From an uncultured Spirochaetota bacterium (lineage in GTDB: Bacteria > Spirochaetota > Brevinematia > Brevinematales > JAOACQ01): DNA of 64,000 nt. The notes beneath the pieces were generated by a model, which ran no database searches, was not told the origin of the DNA, and saw only the letters and a program-made list of their open reading frames with translations. Both the position numbers and the translations under genes were made by a program. This document shows, piece by piece, positions 59,675 through 64,000 of this stretch (position 1 is its first letter; each line of letters opens with the position of its first letter). The DNA lies in contig CAWAOD010000009.1 in NCBI GenBank assembly GCA_963783575.1, positions 416,001 to 480,000 of the forward strand. Reading direction: 5' to 3'.

Positions 59675-60665
59675 ATGGGAATGTTTGACGGAATGAAGAA
59701 ACAGCTCAAATCTGTAATTCAGTGGGAAAACCCGAATCCTGATGCTCTTTTTTACCGCTGGTCCGATAACGGTGATGAAATTAAAAATGCTTCAAAGTTA
59801 ATAGTTGGGCCGGGTCAGGGTTGTATTTTTGTTTATGAAGGCAGGGTAGAAGGTGTATACGTAAAACCTGGATTAGTTGAATTAAAAACCTCGAATATTC
59901 CGTTTATAACAACAATTATCAAATTCATGCAGGATTTTGTCAGCGAGCATAAAGTCGGCATCTATTTTTTCAGGACAACCCAGATTCTGGATCAGAAATG
60001 GGGCACACCCGCTACTATTAAATACGAAGACCCGAAATATAAATTCCCTGTAAGTCTTAGGGCTTTTGGCAATTATACTTTACGGATATCTGACGGTGGA
60101 TTTTTCTTTGTTAATGTAACCGGCGCTTCCGAAGAATACAAAATTAGTCAGATCCGCGAACCGATAAATTCAAGGCTGGTCCAGCCGTTAACAGAATACC
60201 TTGCATCTTCAAAATTTTCATATGCCGATATCGATTCAAACAGGGAAATAATCGCCCATGACCTTTCCGCAAAATTTACTGATGAATTTAATAAACTGGG
60301 ATTTGAATTATCGGATTTCAGGATTGAGGGGACAAGCTTCGATGAAGATACTATGCGCAGGATTAACCGTATTGCTGACATGTCGGCTGAAGCGCAGGCT
60401 GCGGATAAAGCCGGTGTAAGTTTTGCCCAGCTTCAACAGCTCGAAGCGATGCGAGACGCAGCTAAAAATGAAGGTACAGCCGGATTCGGCATGGCAATGG
60501 GCGTCGGGATGGGCTTTGGCCAGTTAGCCGGCAATATAGCAATACAGCAGCCGGCAGAGGATCCGGCGGTAAAGCTTAAAAAACTTAAAGGCCTGCTTGA
60601 CCAGGGGGCTCATCAACAATCAGGAATATGAAGCAAAGAAAAAGGAAATATTATCTCAAATATAA
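59675..60665 (+). CDS. SPFH (band-7, YdjI-like) protein with C-terminal SHOCT; frameshift in the G5 run at ~60606
   Basis: SKLIV.PGQ..IFV.EG, KWGT..., LRAFG.Y; removing one G gives LKKLKGLLDQGLINNQEYEAKKKEILSQI*. Confidence 0.8.
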
Positions 60666-60683
60666 ATAATTATGGGGGGTATC

Positions 60684-62537
60684 ATGCACCGTAATCTTAG
60701 AAAATTTATTGCAATACTTTCTTTTATTTTTCTTATAGCAGTCTCTCCGCTTTTTCCCAGGGCCGGAGGATCAGGAGGCGGGCACGGCCATTTCAGCGGA
60801 GGACATAGTCATAGTGGGGGCGGACATTTCGGCAGTTTCGGATCGCATACCGGGTCATTTTCCGGAGGTAGAAACAGCGGACCATTAGAATTTAATGCAG
60901 TGTCTATTATTTTTATGTTATTTTTTTTCGGAATACCGCTTTTTGTTATTATTATGATATTAATCGTCGCATTTAAACCTAAAAAAACCGGATTTAAATC
61001 AATATCAGCAGTTATGCCCGAAAAACTTGAAGATGTTCCCGGATACAATGAATTTATCGAAAGCAATCCCGATTTTAATGCCGAAGAATTTCAAAAAAAG
61101 GTCAAATCGGCTTTTGTTGAAATTCAGGAAGCTTGGAGTAAAGGGAACATAGGCGCTTCCCGCAGATTTATGACGGATGGAGTCTATCAGCGGTTTTCCA
61201 GCCAGCTTCAAATGATGGGGCTTTTAAAACAGAAAGACATTATTACTGATATAGACGTTTCCAGTGTCAATATTATCTGCGCTGAAATTGACGGTCAATA
61301 TGATATAATTCATACAATGATAGAAGCTGAAATGGATGACCAGTTTGTGAGTGAAACAGACCACTCACTTGATTCTCCCGGAGATACCGATGATTTTACA
61401 GAAGTCTGGTCTTTTATAAGAAAGCGCGGTAAAGGCGGGAAGGATATTTTTTCAAGTAATAATTGTCCTCAATGTTCCGCACCGCTGCCCGAAAACCTAG
61501 GCGACGCCGGGCAATGCCCATACTGCAAAACTTTTATCAATAATGCCGAATATGACTGGGTCCTATCGGAAATATCCCAAACAGACGATTACCATCTAAG
61601 TGCAGGAAAGTCTGACAAATCAGAGGGTCTTTTTGATTCTGCTTACGAGATGCATAAAGATAATCCTGATTTCTGCATTCAATTACTTGAGGATAAAGTT
61701 TCCAACGGCTATCTGCAGATACAGACCGCAATGGCGTTTCATGACCCTCAGTGGTTCCGCAGGTTTGTTTCCGATGAATTATTTGAAAAGCTTAAAGTCC
61801 GTCTACCCTCGGAAAATATAGTATATAACCGCCTCTACCTTAATGATGTCTCGCTAATGGCAATCAGGCAAACTGAAAACACGAACATTATGTATGTCGG
61901 TGTAAAGTCAACTTTTCAGAGGGTGATTCTTGAAAACGGCATGGCTAGGCTGAAGGACCATGTTTTAATGACTGATTTTGAGGTTGTCCGGATTGAACGC
62001 GGCCGTTTGGCAGGAATTTCAAAGGGTTCTGTATATGCACACCTCTGTCCTGGCTGCGGAGCCCCAGTTTCCGATTCACTGGAGTTAAAATGCGCCTATT
62101 GCGGAACATTATTGAACAGCTCAGTTCATGAATGGATCATTACGGATATTCTGGCCAGGGAAGATTATGATTCCCATATCAAGGATGTTCAACCGCAAAT
62201 CGGCGCAAAAATTCCATCCGGCCTTGATGATTCCCTGTATGAAGTAAGGGATTACGCCTTCAATAATATGATGGTTATCTTCGGCGCAGACGGGATTTTT
62301 GCCGATGAAGAAAAAGCCATGGCCGAGGGGTTGGCAAAAAAATGGGGCTATAAAAAAGAATTTATTGCCAGGATTGTTGAAGCCGCAATGTCAGGAAGGC
62401 TGTCGATCAGGATGCCCTCTGATAAAATAAAGACAAGAAAGATTCTTGAATTGATGAATAAAGCCGCTATGGCTGATGGAAAAATCGACCCCGCTGAAAA
62501 GCAGATTCTTGATCAGATTACAAAGCAATATTTATAG
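60684..62537 (+). CDS. membrane protein with Gly/His-rich N-terminus, two Tim44-like domains each followed by a Zn ribbon, and a TerB-like C-terminus
   Basis: RAGG after a signal-like segment; PDF....F...V..AF..IQ.AW; EVWSF.R; CPQC..CPYC, CPGC..CAYC; ADG....EE and ADGKID..EK. Confidence 0.75.
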   Translation: MHRNLRKFIAILSFIFLIAVSPLFPRAGGSGGGHGHFSGGHSHSGGGHFGSFGSHTGSFSGGRNSGPLEFNAVSIIFMLFFFGIPLFVIIMILIVAFKPKKTGFKSISAVMPEKLEDVPGYNEFIESNPDFNAEEFQKKVKSAFVEIQEAWSKGNIGASRRFMTDGVYQRFSSQLQMMGLLKQKDIITDIDVSSVNIICAEIDGQYDIIHTMIEAEMDDQFVSETDHSLDSPGDTDDFTEVWSFIRKRGKGGKDIFSSNNCPQCSAPLPENLGDAGQCPYCKTFINNAEYDWVLSEISQTDDYHLSAGKSDKSEGLFDSAYEMHKDNPDFCIQLLEDKVSNGYLQIQTAMAFHDPQWFRRFVSDELFEKLKVRLPSENIVYNRLYLNDVSLMAIRQTENTNIMYVGVKSTFQRVILENGMARLKDHVLMTDFEVVRIERGRLAGISKGSVYAHLCPGCGAPVSDSLELKCAYCGTLLNSSVHEWIITDILAREDYDSHIKDVQPQIGAKIPSGLDDSLYEVRDYAFNNMMVIFGADGIFADEEKAMAEGLAKKWGYKKEFIARIVEAAMSGRLSIRMPSDKIKTRKILELMNKAAMADGKIDPAEKQILDQITKQYL

Positions 62538-62648
62538 GCCGATTCGGACGGCAAAAAAAATAGAATATAAAGCAGGCTTTATTGTTTACCTTAATATGAT
62601 CAGGATGTTAATGGATATTTTATATTATAAATATGAGTGGATTCTTGT

Positions 62649-64000
62649 ATGAATAGAGTTGTTTTCCTGTCATTCATTTTTCTCTTATCTCCATTTTTTT
62701 CTTTTATCTCAGCAAGCAATTCAATAATTATTCATGATTATGAAAAACGGACTGATTTTAGCGGAGTATATTCGGTATTAATACAAAAAGGCGATAATCC
62801 AGGCTATAAGGAAACGGATTATGATGATTCCGGATGGAATATTGTCTCATTACCTTCCAGCTGGAATGTTTATCCTTTTCATCATTATAGCGGTATCTGC
62901 TGGTACAGGATTCGCATTAAATTTCCGGATAGTCTGCCCGGAAGAGCATTGGGTATAAATCTGGGCGAGATATATGACGCCGATGAGACTTATTTTAACG
63001 GAACCCTGATTGGCAGCTGCGGAAGTGTTACAAATTCATCCGGACATGCTTATGATAAGTACAGGATTTATGAAATACCGACAGAATTGATTAAACCCGG
63101 TAAGAATAATGTTGTTGCAGTAAGGGTAAGAAACTATTTTCCTGAAGAAAGCGGAATGATTGACGGCCAGTATTTTATCGAAAGGTATGACAAACTTCTT
63201 ATCAATCATTATTCAATAGATTATATAAAACTTTTCTTTGTAATTTCTTTTATCTTAATCGGTGCAAATTATTTTCTAAATTATTCAAGAAAAAGGAAAT
63301 GGAATGAATATCATGTCTTCAGTTTATTTTGTTTTATGGTTTCTGTTTATTTTTTCCTTCAAACCGATATAAAATATTTTCTTTTTGATAATTTTCTTAT
63401 ATTGAAAAAAATTGAATATCTTGATCTGATAGCATTAATGCCAATCTTTCTCTACTTTTTTATGTTATATTTCAATCAAAAAACCGGTATAGTCCAGTAT
63501 TTTTTTTATGCATCTTCGGCTGTATGTTTTATTATTGTCCTAATCACAGGAGAACCCGTTGTCTGGAATTTCATAAACATTAATTATTTCCAATACACAT
63601 GGCTTATCGGAATTGTGACCATATTTATAATATTGATTAAGGAGTTTCACAAATCCGCGGCTAAACTTATTTTCTTTTCATTTATTGTGATGATATTTTC
63701 CTTGATATATGATGTTCTTCATTTAAGGAATATTCTCGAACTGCCGGCATTGATACCATTTGGGATGCTTACCGCATATGGATTTCTAGTTTTTATTATC
63801 TGTATAGCATTTATTCTATCAAATGATTTCATTCAACTATTAAAAGAAGTTGAAATCAAGTCTTTCGATCTGCAGATAGCTTTAAAAGAAAGAGATCAGG
63901 CCTTCGAACAAATAGATTTTGCTTATGTTGAAGCTTTACAAAGGCTCGCTGTTATGGCGGAACTGAGAGATACCGAAACAAGCGGTCATATTAAAAGGGT
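62649..64000 (+). CDS. extracytoplasmic jelly-roll sugar-binding domain + multi-TM + HD-GYP sensor (runs off the window)
   Basis: open frame to the window end; DDSGW...LP..W, WYR, LG.I.D.DE.YFNG..IG, N.VAVRV; TMs; ALQRLAVMAELRDTETSGHIKR. Confidence 0.8.
   Translation, partial: MNRVVFLSFIFLLSPFFSFISASNSIIIHDYEKRTDFSGVYSVLIQKGDNPGYKETDYDDSGWNIVSLPSSWNVYPFHHYSGICWYRIRIKFPDSLPGRALGINLGEIYDADETYFNGTLIGSCGSVTNSSGHAYDKYRIYEIPTELIKPGKNNVVAVRVRNYFPEESGMIDGQYFIERYDKLLINHYSIDYIKLFFVISFILIGANYFLNYSRKRKWNEYHVFSLFCFMVSVYFFLQTDIKYFLFDNFLILKKIEYLDLIALMPIFLYFFMLYFNQKTGIVQYFFYASSAVCFIIVLITGEPVVWNFININYFQYTWLIGIVTIFIILIKEFHKSAAKLIFFSFIVMIFSLIYDVLHLRNILELPALIPFGMLTAYGFLVFIICIAFILSNDFIQLLKEVEIKSFDLQIALKERDQAFEQIDFAYVEALQRLAVMAELRDTETSGHIKR

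Noticed and set aside
660..61821. Many short antisense or overlapping ORFs in the track (e.g. 6659-7153, 19101-19661, 47259-47750, 55141-55665, 58583-58888)
   Set aside because: Shadow frames of well-supported genes or repeats, with no SD or domain evidence

Overview
AT-rich bacterial chromosomal window, inferred to be a spirochaete from the very large N-terminally extended GreA and spirochaete-type lipoboxes. Housekeeping genes: purB, greA, metG, valS, queH, lepB, recA-argC-argJ, tRNA-Cys and tRNA-Leu. There are many second-messenger genes (cNMP-binding, PilZ, GGDEF, two HD-GYP, a CHASE2 adenylate cyclase) and many exported or outer-membrane proteins. At least seven single-base frameshifts split otherwise intact genes and are most likely assembly errors. 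No prophage, CRISPR, rRNA or transposase was seen. Most notable: (1) a cluster of beta-helix lipoproteins, periplasmic FecR, outer-membrane barrel and CHASE2 adenylate cyclase; (2) Thr-Asn enrichment in exported proteins, a possible modification motif, with a YfhO GT-C-like gene nearby; (3) a dispersed 20-bp REP-like palindrome in 4 copies with compensatory changes; (4) two paralogous barrel genes that each carry a sigma54 promoter and a shared upstream motif, one displaced by a 158-bp MITE; (5) a HypF-like protein with degenerate catalytic motifs; (6) a stand-alone rnfCD pair; (7) a long hairpin between two tRNAs; (8) an SPFH + Tim44/Zn-ribbon/TerB operon. All calls are by-eye motif recognition; no searches were run.
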